Assembly (NCBI RefSeq): GCF_009914755.1
Contig: NC_060929.1
Source: the human T2T-CHM13v2.0 reference genome, Homo sapiens
DNA: 64,000 nucleotides
Reading direction: 5' to 3' (one strand)
In this document: positions 37,313-51,139 of the stretch, in pieces
Layout of the letters: each line of letters begins with the position of its first letter
Position numbering within the stretch: position 1 is the first letter of the stretch
The notes under the pieces: generated by a model
What the model saw: the letters and a program-made list of their open reading frames with translations, nothing else
The model's database searches: none
What the model was told of the DNA's origin: nothing
Made by a program: the position numbers and the translations under genes

Positions 37313-39975
37313 GAAGGGAAGCAAAATCGGCTGGGAACACATAGGGGCTTGCTATTGGGGGAAAGTGTGTAAGAACTTCAGTGGTCTATGTCCCTACCAT
37401 GGACTGCGGCAATCTGAACCATGGCAGAGCTCGTCTACCCACATATTTCCTGACACTAACGTGGACAGTGAGCTAGAGACCCCTGAAGGACATTGCACCA
37501 GACACAGAACTTATGCTGGTTCACTCACACCCCTGAGACCTAAGCAACTACAGCAGTGTACCATGTGAGAGTACAGCCATCATGGGGCTGCATCCTCCCT
37601 TTAGAAAGATAGCCTGCATATCTCCATATCCCAGGAGCCCCAACTGACATTCCCCAGTGTCTACCCAGCAGCCTACAGTGGCACAGCATTGCTGGACACA
37701 AAGGTGCTACGGCGGCCCAGTACTGTGGCCCCCAAGTAGTATTACTTTCCAGAAAAGAGATGGTGCAGCGCATTAACATGGCAGTCCCTGGGACAAAGGA
37801 AACCAAGGCACACACTTTCCAGAGCCTGAGAGCTTCCTGTCTGAGGCTATGAGAAGAAACACTGCCTCAGCAGTAGCACAAATTCTGTGATCAGGCTTGC
37901 AAGCAGAGAGAGAGATCCCATTCACACCCCCGACCCAACACTGCAGCAGCAATTGCTGCCACTGGGAACCCAAATGAGAGCCAGCTATCTGGGGCTGAGG
38001 GCAGTGACCCCACTTCCACTGGTGGAGTGGCCTCTGTGTTCAGGCTCATGCATAGGGATTCTCTCTCCCCCTCTCCATACCTCTGCAGGCCCAGCCACTG
38101 CTGCTGCCACTGGAGGCTAGGGCAGGTGAACCAGATGGCACCTTGTCTGGGCCTGGATAGTGACCACACTCCCACTGGCAGAATGACTACCATGATCAAG
38201 CTCATGTGCAAAGGGCAGGGCTCCTTACCTTTATGTGTACCACTACAGTGCTGCTACAACTGAGAACAGGCAAGCTTGAGCTGCATGACTGGGGCTGTAG
38301 GTGAAGACTGCATTGTAGCCATCTCCAACATCAGCATGCACTGCTCAGGACCCAGAAGGTTGTCCCACAACTGCTACTGCCACTACCTACACCATGCCAC
38401 CTACCCAGGGAACCAAGAACTCCCTCACCTGCCTGGTCCACCACTGTCACTATCAGGATCTAAGCAAACTACCTAGAGGCGCAAGAATTGGCCCGCCTGG
38501 TCCTGCTAATACCAGAGCAAGTATCTTGTATGCTGGGGTACAAGAACAGGCATACTCATCCCACTGTTGCCACCACTGGGGACCAAAGACTAACCCATCT
38601 GGAATCCCTGTCCTCAAGCAAAACTTCACCGTAGCCTCCACTCTTAACCACACTCTAAACCACTGGGAAATCATAGATACCACTGATGCTGTTTACAGCC
38701 AAAGAAATCATACAGGGACTGCACTATTGCATGTACTCAGAACCAAATACAAAGGGCTCTACTAACCAACACTATGATACATTTTCAGGAAAAAATCCTC
38801 CACTGTGAAAGCAAATTCAAAAAATTGGAATAAGTGAATATTACATGAGATACACAGTTTACACAGTTATCAACGTAAGGAAACATGAAAAAAAAACAGG
38901 GAAAGATGATACTTCCAAAGGAATACAATAATTCCCCAGCAATATATTCCAATCAAAAAGAAATGTGTGACATCACAGGGAAAAAAATCAAATTATGACA
39001 CTAAAGAAACACAGTTAGATACAAGAGAATTTCAAAAAATAATACAAAAAGTCAGAAAAAAACAATTTAAGATATGAATGAGAAATTTATCAGAGATACG
39101 TATCATACAAAAGAACCAAACAAAATCTGGATTTGAAGAACTTCTTTAATTAAATAAAAAGTACAATCAAGTGTTTAAACAATAAACTAAAACAACAACA
39201 CAAAAGAATCTCAGAACCTGAAGACATGTCTTTTGATATAACTTGGAGAAAAACAAAGAAAAAGTAATGAAAAAGAAAAAAAACAAAGTCTCTGTGATAT
39301 GTGTGACATGATAAAGTGACCAAATACATGAATTATTGGTATCCCTAAAGGAGAAAAGTGAATGAAAGGGTTCAAAAACTTATTTAACAAAATTTAACTT
39401 GAAATCTTCACAAGTCTACCAAGAGATTTAGACATCCAGATCGAGAAGACCCCACAAACCCAAAATACTTTTCCATGGTACATTACAGTCAAACTGTCTA
39501 AAGTCAAAGATAAAGAAAAAATTCTAAAAGAAACAGAAAAATCATCTAGTCAGCCTTGAGCAGACTAAAAGTGGATTTCTCAGCAGAAACCTACAGGCCA
39601 AGAGAGAATGGAATGATATATTCAAATTGCTGCAAGAAAAAAAACTTGACACTTGAAAAACCCAAAGATACTATATCCAGCAAAATTATCCTTCATACAT
39701 GAAGAAGAAATAAGGTCTTTTACAGACAAGCAAATGGTAAGAACATTCATTATCAATAGACTAGGCTTACAAAAAATGTTCAAGGGAGTTCTAAACCTGG
39801 AAGAGGAAAGATGATAGTTATTATCATGAAAACATACGAAAGTATAAAACTCATGGGTAAAGCAAAGACACAAAAGAGGAAAAGAAAAGACTCAAATGGT
39901 ACCACAACAGAAAATTAGCAAACCACAGGGACAAACAACAAGAGGAAAAGAAGACAAGAATACACAAAACAACCA

Positions 39976-40350
39976 TGATATGGTTTGGCTCTGTGTTCCT
40001 ACCCAAATCTCATCTCAAATTGTAATCTCTATGTGTCAAGGAAGGGCCACGTGTTGAGGGAGGGAGGTGACTGAATCATGGGGGTGGTTTCCCCATGCTC
40101 TTCTGGTGATAATGAGTGAGTTCTCATGACATCTGATGGTATTATAAGTCTTTGGAAGTTCACCCTTTGCTCTCTCTTTCCTGCTGCCTTGTAAAGAAGG
40201 CCCTTGCTTCTTCTTCACCTTTTGCCATGATTGTTAAGTTTCCTGAGGCCTCCCAGCCACGCAGAACTGTGAGTCAATTAAACCTCTTTTCTTTATAAAT
40301 TTCCCAGTCTCAGGTGTTTCTTTATAGCAGTGTGAAAATGGACTAATACA
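39976..40350 (+). mobile_element. Solo MaLR LTR (MSTA/THE1 group)
   Basis: TGATATGGTTTGGCTCTGTG...GGACTAATACA termini; 5-bp TSD aacca (39971-39975 / 40351-40355). Confidence 0.92.
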
Positions 40351-43149
40351 AACCAGAAAACAATTAACAATATGACAGGAACAAAACTTCACATATCAAT
40401 AATAATGTAAATGTAAACAGAATAAATTCTTCACTTAAAAGATATAGACTGGTTTAATACATTTTTTACAAACATAATCTAATTGTATGCTGCCTATAAG
40501 AAATGCACCTTACCTGTAAAGACACAGACTGAGAGTAAAGAGATGGAAAAACATACTCCACACAAATTGAAATCAAAAGCAAGTAGGAGTAACTATCCTT
40601 CTATTGGATAAAACAGACTTTAAGTCAAAAAAGGTTTTAAAAAAAGGCAAGAACATTAAATAATGACAAAGGAATCAATCCAGGAAGAGGATATTATAAT
40701 TCTAAATATATATGCACCCAACAGGGAGCACCCAGATTCACAAAACAAATACTACTAGATCTAAATAGAAATATAGACTCCAATACATTAATAGTGGAGA
40801 ACTTCAACACTCGTCCCTTAGCATAAGACATATTATTTAGATAGAATATCAACAAAGAGACATTGTATTTAACTTGGACTTTAGACCAAATGGACATTAA
40901 AGATATTCACAGAATATTTTTCCCAACACAACAATAGGATGCACATTCTTCTCATTAGCACATGGAATATTCTCCAGGTTAGATCATATGCTAGGCAAAA
41001 AATAAGTCTCAACAAATTTTTAAAATCAAAATCACACCAAGTATCTTCTCAGACTATAATGAAACACAACTGGAAATCAATACCAAGAGGAACTTTGAAA
41101 ACTATAAAAATACATGGAAATTAAACAACATGTTTCTGAACAACCACTGGGTCAATGAAGAGGTTAAAATGGAAATTAAAAAAAAAAGTTTTGAAACAAA
41201 TGAAAATGAAAGCACAATATACTGAAACCTGAGAGACAGAGCAAAAGCAGTGTTAAGAAGGGTGTTTATAGCAATAAATTCCTGCATCAAAAAAACAGAA
41301 AGATTTCAAATAATCTAATGATGCACTTCAAGGAACTAGTAAAGCAAGGACAAACCAAACTCAAAATTAGTAGAAGATGACAAATAATAAAGATCAAAGA
41401 AGAAATAAATGAAATTGAGACTAAAAAAGCAACACAAAAGATGAACAAAATGAAAAAGTTTTTTTAAAGATAAAATTGATCAACTGCTAGCTAAACTAAC
41501 CAAGGAAAGAAGAGATAAGGCCACTCAAACATAATCAAAAGTGAAAAAGTAGATATTACAATTAATACCACAGAAGTACAAAAGATCATCAGAGACTATT
41601 GTAAACAACTATACACTAACAAACTGGAAACTGGAGGAAACGGATAAATTCCTGAAAACATACAACCTACCAAGATTGACTCAGGAAGAAATACAGAACC
41701 TGACAATACCAATGAGTAGCAAGATTGAATCATTAACAAAAAGATTCCCCCAAAAAAGAAAAGTCCAGTACTAGATGGGTTCACTGCTGAATTCTACCAA
41801 ATAGATAATGAAAAACTAATACCAACCCTCCTCAAACTATTCCCAAAAGTAAAAGGCGAGGGAACTCTCCCTAACACATTTCCCAAGGCCAGCGTTACCC
41901 TAATACCAAAACCAGAAAAGGTGCAACAAAGAAAGAAAACTACAGGCTAATATCCCTAATGCACATAGACTCCAAAAACCTCAACAAAATACTAGCAAAC
42001 TGAATCCAACAGCACATCAAAAAGATAATACAACACGATCAAATTGGATTTATACCAGGGAATCAAGAATGATTCAACATATGCAAATCAATAAACATGA
42101 TAAATCACAACAGAATGAAGAACAAAAACCGTATGATCATCTCAGATGCAGAAAAAGCATTTGAAAAAATTCAGCATCCCTTCATGATAAAAAGTCTCCA
42201 GACTAGGCATAGAAGGAACATGCCTCAAAATAATAAAGACCATATACCACAATTAAATATTATTTCACTCCAGTTAGAATGGCTATTATTAAAAAGACAA
42301 AAAAAAATACACATGATGGCGAGGATACAGAGAAAAGAGAATGCATATGCTATTGGTGGAAGTGTAAATTAGTACAGCCACTATGGAAAACAGTGTTTAG
42401 GTTTCTAAGAAACTAAAAATAGAACTACCATATTATCCAGCAATTCCACTAGTGGGAATTTATCTTTTAGGAAGATAAAGAAAATCAGTGTATTATAGGA
42501 ATACCTGCACTCTCGTGTTTACTGAAGCACTCTTCACAATAGTAAAGATATGGAATTAACGTAAGTATCCATTAATGGGTGATTAGATAAAGAAAATGTG
42601 GTGTATATACACAATGCAATACAATTTGGCAATAAAATAATGAAATGTCATTTGCAGTAATATGGATGGAACTGGGAGTCACTATGTTAAATGAAATAAG
42701 CTAGGCACAGAAATACAAAAACCACATGTTCTCACTCACGTGTGGAAGCTAAAAGACTTGCTCTCATGGACAAAGAGAACAGAATAATATTATAGATATC
42801 AGAGACTAAAAAGGGTGGGTAAATGGGAGGGGAAAATAAAGAGAAGTTGGTTAATGGGTACAAATATAGCATTAGATAGAATGTTTGATACTAGAGTAGG
42901 GTGACTATACTTACCAACAATGCTTTGTATATTTCAAAGTAACTAGAAGAGAGGATTTGAAATGATGCAAACACATAGAAATAATAAATACTCAAAGCGA
43001 TGGATACCCTAAATATCCTGACTTGTTCATTACACATGCTAGTCATGTAACAAACACTAACATGTACTTCATAAATATTTAAAATGTTATTTATATATCA
43101 ATAGAAGAAAAAATAAGGTAAAAATTAGTAAATCTGAGAACCAAGGTAG

Positions 43150-43400
43150 ATGTGTAGCATCATAGCTGAGAGTTCACTGGACTCTGTAGCCACATTGAAT
43201 ATCAAAACTCTCTCTGCTTAGACTTTGGGCAAGTCACTTAAAACTCTCTATGCCACAGTGAGATGTAGAATATGTGAAATCATGAATAATCCTCTTAGGA
43301 TAGTTGTGAGAATAAAATAAGTTAATGTGTCTAATATATTTAAAGCACTTATCATTGTGTAAGGCACATAGTTAAGTAAGGTTTAAGTGTTTGCAGCTGC
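43150..43400. mobile_element. MIR SINE remnant
   Basis: gactttgggcaagtcacttaaaactctct..gttgtgagaataaaataagttaat..aaagcactta, the MIR core. Confidence 0.65.
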
Positions 43401-44695
43401 TATCAGAACTGGTACAAATTATCTGGCTTTGCAGATAACAGGGCATGTGCAAAGTATAAGCAATATGCTCCATGCATAAAACTATATTTTGTAGCTATTT
43501 TTTTCTTGCTAGCAGAAATACAAAAGGCAAGAAATGGAGAAAGGTCACTGAAGGAGATGAGAAAGAAAGGAGATAAAAGCCAGACTTGCTCCATGTTTTT
43601 CTATTCCATTTTAAAAATTTTATCACATTTATTTTTTCATTATAAATATGTATATTTACATTTTATTTTTATATATTTTATTTTTACTTATATATATTGT
43701 TTTCATTATAAATATAAATACATATTTTAGTGGACAGTTTTGGAAATACAGAAAAAGAAAAAAAATCATCATAAGCTCACCATCCCAAAACAGTTATTGG
43801 TAATATCTTGACTATTTTCTTCAATCCTCCATCTACGCAAAGCTCAGTTTTTTGCACGGTTAATTTCTATTATGTATTCTCTGTATCTACTTTTGCTTGG
43901 TCTCCACAAGTCTTTTACTACCAAATGTGTCAGAGAGCATCTAAGCTTGATTTACAATGACTGAAATGTGGTTGTCTCCCCAAAATGTTCAACTGATGGA
44001 CTGATTCATCAATGTTCTCTCATGCTCGATTTCTAACAGTTTATAATCAAAATTTAATTTAAAAAACCATTTCTGCATAATCAATTTAATTTGTTTCATT
44101 CATATATATATGAACATATATGTGTATATATATATATAAAAAACCATCTTAAAAAATACTTTTAGCCTTTCTTTTCTTTCTTTGCAGTAAAACCATTAGT
44201 TAAACTACATTTGTTTGACTAATAATATATTTTACAGCAGTCAACCATGATCATCACTGAGAGTGAAACAATATGATCTCAAGGACATTATAAAATATGA
44301 GTTACCTGAAAAGAGTTTTTCATTTTTATAGATCTAAAGTGACATAGAATATTAGAAGAACAACTAAGTTTCCCAAATTGGGCAGCTATTTAAGGTTATT
44401 TGTCAGCATTTTTAAATGGCAAAGGAGGTGGCATTTAAAAGTCCTTAAAATAGAAAAGAAAAACTCTATATATACTTAGAGAAACAGTTAAGTAGAAGTA
44501 TATTGTTTTTTTAATGAAATGTTATTTTCTTATATAGTTTGTGACATTATATTTTCTCAAACTATCTCCATTTAGATATTAAGCAATAATAACGTACTAC
44601 TCACAATTAGAGAAGATTAAACTACCAAACAAAAGAATATTCTATAATAAAACTAAATGTTCTGTTTTGATCCTAAAACAGATGTCATGTTGTTA

Positions 44696-44932
<237 letters not shown>

Positions 44933-45019
44933 TCATTTGAAAATCATCCTGTTTTTCCACATGCTATAATTACTTTTTGTAATTATTTCCTGTCATTAAG
45001 ACCAAATTGCAGTTTTAAA

Positions 45020-45300
45020 ATATATTTACAAATTCTCTTTGACACCTTTCTCATCAAGAGGTGATGTCTATATGCTCTTCTCCTTAAACTTGAGCAGGCC
45101 CTGTGACAGTTTCAACCAATAGAATGTGGCAGAAATGACACTATGTGACTTCTAAGACTGAATCAGAAAAGGCACCAATGCTTCCACCTGGATCTCTCTC
45201 TCTCTCAAGATACTAGCTTTGGAACCCTAAGCTGCCATGTAGGAAGTTCAACTCCATGGCATGAAGCAACTGAAACAGAAGTCACCAAGGTCGAGAGGCT
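45020..45300. mobile_element. MLT1-type MaLR LTR remnant
   Basis: tgtgacagtttcaaccaatagaatgtggcagaaatgacactatgtgacttctaagactg, an MLT1-like motif. Confidence 0.6.
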
Positions 45301-46293
45301 AGAGGAAGGAAGAAATGTCCAAGGGGGCTCAGCTATTATAGATCCAACACTATACAGGCTAAATAAATCACCAGGCCACACACATCGTGGTGGAGAAATA
45401 GGACAGAACCAGATGATAAAAGGCAGTGCGAAAGATAAAAAGGGAATAGCAGAAGACTAGAGAATCAAGGTAGAGGAAACAGGGCCAACCGGTGAAGCTG
45501 AAGGAAGAAGAATATAGAGCTAAGAGCCTAGAGAAAACAGCTTCTCAAATCATTACAAAAGTTTTGAGGAGCTTCCATGTAAATATATGAGGACGAACAG
45601 CAAATACAGGGACTTGAGGAAAGAAGAACCCTGACATGCTCAAGGGACAGGAAGGAGGTCAGTAGGGCTGAACATAATGAGTAAGTAGGGAGGTAGCCAG
45701 GAGCCAGCACATGCAGAGCCTTGTAGGCCATGATATGGAGTTACACTCATTTGAGTGTAATCAGAAGCTGTTGAGTGGAGGGTGGATTACAGAATGAGGA
45801 GCAGACAAAAGTACAGGTAAAACACTCATTCAGTTATTTTAGTTGTGAAGAGAGTAAGAAGTCATATTGAGAGTATTACTTAGAATTAAATATGTGAATG
45901 CATTAAAATCCTTCTGCTGTATGTAACAGAAAATGCAACAAAAATGTCTTGAAAATAAGGAGGTTTATTTCACAAGATTAGAATTGGAAAGGTTCCAGGG
46001 ACAGCTAAGATAGCTGCCCTCTATATGCACATTTCTTTCATCTTCTAGTTCCCTCTCATGTGCATGAGGACTGTGATGACTACACAAGCTCAGGCATCAT
46101 GTTCTTACCAAGCAAACTAGACAGGAACAAGGAAGAGTATAGGCAGGAAAGGCATGTCTTTTTCAAAAGCAAGTCAACAAAAAGTACAGGAAATGTAGCT
46201 GTCTTTACATCACTGTGCTCAGGACCAGGTCATGTGACTACCCCTAATCAAATCACTAGCAAGTGAAAAGGAATTACCATAATTGATTTAGAC

Positions 46294-46548
46294 CAGCAGT
46301 CCCCAACCTTTTTGGCACCAGGGACTGGTTTTGTCTCACAAGGAGCACCGCAGCCTAGATGCCTCACATGTGCAGTTCACCATAGGCTTCACACACCTAT
46401 GAGGACCCAATGTCACTGCTGATCCGACAGGAGGTGGAGCTCAGGCAGTAATGCTCGCTCCCTGGCTGCTCACAGCCTGTTGTGCGGCCCAATTCCTAAC
46501 AGACCACAGACTGGTACCAGTTCATGGTCCGGGGTTTTGAGACCCCTG
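46294..46548 (+). mobile_element. MER1B-like hAT-Charlie DNA transposon (shortened)
   Basis: TIRs cagcagtccccaacctttttggcacc / ggggttttgagacccctg; perfect 8-bp TSD atttagac (46286-46293 / 46549-46556), the size expected for hAT. Confidence 0.88.
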
Positions 46549-47374
46549 ATTTAGACCATCCATGATTCACCCCCCTCGGGTTGGGCAAGGGCCAGTCCTC
46601 TTCTAAATCACATGACTGATTAAAACTGAAATGTAATTGTCAATGAAGAGCAAACAGCCTCTTCTTGCTGGTAAACCAAGAGTGTTTACCTCAATATCAT
46701 TTAAATTCTTAATAGAGGTCAGGCTGTGGATGGCACTGTGATGAAGGACCATAAAGGCAAGTTAAATACAAAATAATTCTTACTCTTCCTGTTGCTTGAA
46801 AATTCCCAGATAGCACTACAAAACCTAATTTACATGGGGGAAATTCTCTCTGAGCTCATGTGGTTAACATTCTAAAACTACTTTAAAAGGCATATATATA
46901 CAATTAAATGATAGTGATGGAAAGAATTTTACCCCCTTAGAAATAACGTTGTTTAATTTTTTTTTTAGATTAGTTAGAGGATGTTTTAAAGGAGGCATAA
47001 ATGAGGAGTGATAAATGAAAAGGTAATGAGTAAAGCTTGCTATTTAAAATAAGTGGAAAACAAATGGTCATTTGATTAATGTTTTATAAGTAATAATTAT
47101 AAAATGAAGAAGCAAATTTCTCTAAAGTCTAGTGCCTATTGTAACTGGAAATCACTAAATGACATTTTATATTAGTTTTTAATTAGTTGCTAATTTTGGC
47201 AAAAAAGTAATAAAGACTATGCTGAGTAAAGTTTTTAAAATAGTTTTATCACTAAAAAGCTTAGTTAAAATCATAAATTCAAAATTACAAAATGAATTTT
47301 CATAATAAAATGTATTTTGATAGAGTAGAAAAATTTCTTGTCTTCTGCACAATTTTTAAAAATTAAAGTTCTCA

Positions 47375-47548
<174 letters not shown>

Positions 47549-48730
47549 TTATGAGGAAGCATGAAAAAGACAAATCAAAATGTACATATTTTTATATATA
47601 TATTTATTTTTAACTCTTAATTGTGCTCCAAAAGTCATTCTATGAAGCTAATGCTTGGTGGCCAGAGTTGTATACAATTTTATATTTTTGCTTTTATTAC
47701 TCAAATTTTTGGAGATTTTATGCAAACTGTATTAGTGTTAAGATGTAAAAAAGTTGATATTACAAGTAATATCATTAGCTATTTGCTGAAAATAATTCTC
47801 ATTTTTTACTTTCTAGTGAGTACTTCCAATTTTCCCCCAAGGGAATGCATTTTTTTTATTGTATAAGGAAAAACATTGAAGAAATGTGATAAAACAGAAG
47901 TGAGTTTGATGCCAGTTTGCTGGAAAACCCTGGCTACTTCATTGTTGATATACGGAAGTTAATGAACTTGAGGGAGATGATCAGGATTGTTCCACTTCCC
48001 TTATTGTGCCCACTCCTGGGACTGTTGCAGGGAACACTTGCACAATTGGAGAAAAGTTCACTGATGAATGCACCTCCTGGCACCTGTCTGCATACACACT
48101 TATCAAAAGTATACTCTTTTTCTAATCAAATTTTTTTCAAAATTTTCAAATATATGGGCAGCCATGAACTGGAAAATAACACCACTACAACACCACAAAA
48201 AAGGTGGCTTAATTTATGCACCAGTTTTGTGCAGCTTTTATTTAATGAATTATTCATATCAAAGCAAAATATGTATGTTATTTCTCTGTAAAACTTAAAC
48301 TGAATCCAATGTAAAAAAGGCAAAGCAAGGACTTACTTTACTTCCTGTTCTGTTTTGATATCTATTTGTAAATTTGGGGATTAATGTCATATTCTTAACG
48401 AATGTATTTTTCACAAGTTAGGTGAAGAATAGTTTGTTACAGAGAAAGAACAGAGTACTTTGTGCATGTATATAAAGGTTTAGAAAGGCCTTTTTCTCCT
48501 TTGAGACACAGCATATCTCAATTAACTTTTTTTAAAAAAATATAATTTTCATAATCAAAAATTTATTTGCCAGACTTAACGTTTTGCTATGGGCTGCTGG
48601 ACTGGTATATTTCCACAAAAATTTACAGGGAGCTTTTATTATTTGGTTATAAGCTTTAATTTTAATTTGCATTAATATTTTAACTATCCCTACTTATAAT
48701 TAAAGAAAGATATATTCTTATTTTTTCTTA

Positions 48731-48940
<210 letters not shown>

Positions 48941-49339
48941 TTAACATTTAAAAAGTATAGCTATCACTTCCAAATTTCAATTAATCAACTTCCAGTGGCT
49001 ATGTATAACTATATTCTAGCAAAAATACTTTCTTAATAAAACTGTTTCACACAAAAAAAATCAGTAAAAGATACATGCAAGCCTCCTGGACTGATCCTGT
49101 CATACTCTTAGATTGAGAAACATAATTCCCATTGTCAAAGACCTTTGCGGCCCCTGAGAAAAAGTTTCTGAGATGACTGCTAGAAGTCTTGTTGGTATAA
49201 GCCTTCTTTAGATAAAATCCAGCACGGCTTCAATTATGTTGAAGGCTGATTTATCTCCTCACATAAATCAGCATTGATTCATTTAAGCTAAACTTTTACT
49301 CCTTCTGTGCAAGTGGAATCAGCCCAAACATGGTTGGAT

Positions 49340-49990
49340 TTGAGGGAGCAAGGGAAGAAAGAAGTATAAGTATGAAGTAAGGTCAAAGAGGTAGCAAGTA
49401 GCCATATTAACTACATGAGATGGGAGGCTACTGCAGGGTTTGAGAAGAGGCGTGGCATGATTTAACTTGAGCTTTAAGCAAATTTCTCCAATGCTATACT
49501 GAGAATTAGCGTGTAGGGAGGTGGGATGTAGCAAAAGGGGGAGCTTACATGTAGTTAGGTGGGACGTAATAGTGGCTTGGATCAGGATTACAGAATATAA
49601 ATAAGGAGAAGAGTTTGGATAATGGATATGTCTTGACTTCGGCTCCAACCAGATTTGCCAATGAATTAGAAATTAGGCATGAGAGAAAGAAAGAAGTCGT
49701 GACTCAACTGAGGAACTAGAAGGACTGAATCGCTATTCACTAAGATGGGGAAAATTGTTAGAGAAGCGGATGTGGGGTGAAGATAGAGAATAATTTTAGT
49801 ATTGGACATGTTATGTTTGAGATGATCATGGCCATCCAAGTGGAGATGGAGTGTAAGCAGTTGGATATATGAGTATGAATTTCAGGGAAAAATTCAGACA
49901 AGATATACCAATATTCGAGTCATCAGCATAGATATGGAATTTAAAGTCTTATGAATTAAATGGATCCCATAGGGAAAATGTAGAGAGAGT
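49340..49990. mobile_element. L2 LINE remnant
   Basis: ttttagtattggacatgttatgtttgagatg..catccaagtggagatg..aagcagttggatatatgagtatgaatttcaggg, an L2 motif. Confidence 0.65.
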
Positions 49991-51139
49991 ATACGAGAAT
50001 TTCAAAGAAAAGTAGGACAAATAAGTTGAAAGTGTATGCAAGAGAACAAGTGAAGTGACAATAAGGATGTACCACAAAATTGAAGATGGGCATGGGACCA
50101 AAGTGATATCAAAGGAATAGTGAACAGTAGAATCAATGAACTGTGTTTTTGTGAAGTAAAATTATTGTTGGAGTCATGCTATTGGAAAGAATAATCTGAA
50201 AAAATAAAACATTTTAAATTACTGTATTTACTGAAATAGAATTTACTGAATTTGTTGCTCTGTGAGATAAATAAAAAAATGAATAGAAATCAGATTTTGT
50301 CCCTGAGTAATTCACAGTCCTACTGGGGAGACAGATCTACTAAAAATAACAGTGCCACATGATGACAGGCTGAACAAAGGTAATGATAAGGTGTTCTGTA
50401 AACTGGAATCAAATATAAGATATCCCAGAACAGAGCAATTAATGAAATAATCAACCCTTTAACTGCTATTTTTTAAATGGGCAGTTAAATAGCAATCTTA
50501 AAATAAGCATTTATTAATTCATTTACTAAGAATTTACTGACTGTCTTCTATATATCAGGCACTAAGTTTTGCATTGCGGATACAGTAGCAAAAAAGACAA
50601 ATAATCCAGCCTTAGTGGAGCTTGCAGTACAATAAAGGAAGAGTTGAGGTGTTACAACATACAAAGTCTGTGATAATTGGGCATTTTGAAATAAGCAACC
50701 TCATCTTTGATTTCCTGATTTTCATTCCATTCTTGCTTTTGAAGATATTTGGTGAACACTGGCTGAAAATTGTTTCTCAATAGTCATCTGGGATAACATA
50801 TTTTTGATCTATGTGAACCTACGCTACATAAAGTGTCCAAAATAACTTTAATCTTCTCATTTGTATGAAGAGTTTGGAAGTTAAAAAAGCCCCTTCATCC
50901 ATTTAATTTTTATAATATCATTAGGAATTATGTTTTTAAAAATATGAAAATAACAGTGCTGTTTTTAATAACCCAAACATTCAGAGATGCATGATGAAAA
51001 AGTTAATAGATTGCTTCCCAACATTACTGCTTCCAATTCGAACTGTCAAGATTAACAGCCAAGATTAATGACTTATTGTGTATCTTTACATACCTTTCTC
51101 AGTGCTCACAAACCAACCAACCTATATACACACTTTACC

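Larger units (their letters stand above)
36781..43120 (+). mobile_element. Near full-length old LINE-1 (L1MA2-4-like) with an internal ORF2 deletion and two nested LTRs
   Basis: GC-richer 5' UTR, ORF1 remnant at about 38880-39810 and ORF2 remnant from about 40370. Sequence jumps at about 42245 from the RT region to the ORF2 C-terminus, then an L1MA 3' UTR. Degenerate TSD aaaaatagtacatct (36766-36780) / aaaattagtaaatct (43121-43135). Confidence 0.82.

Noticed and set aside
36945-40350. Intact MST provirus (LTR-internal-LTR)
   Set aside because: Each LTR has its own TSD and the interior is L1 5' UTR/ORF1.
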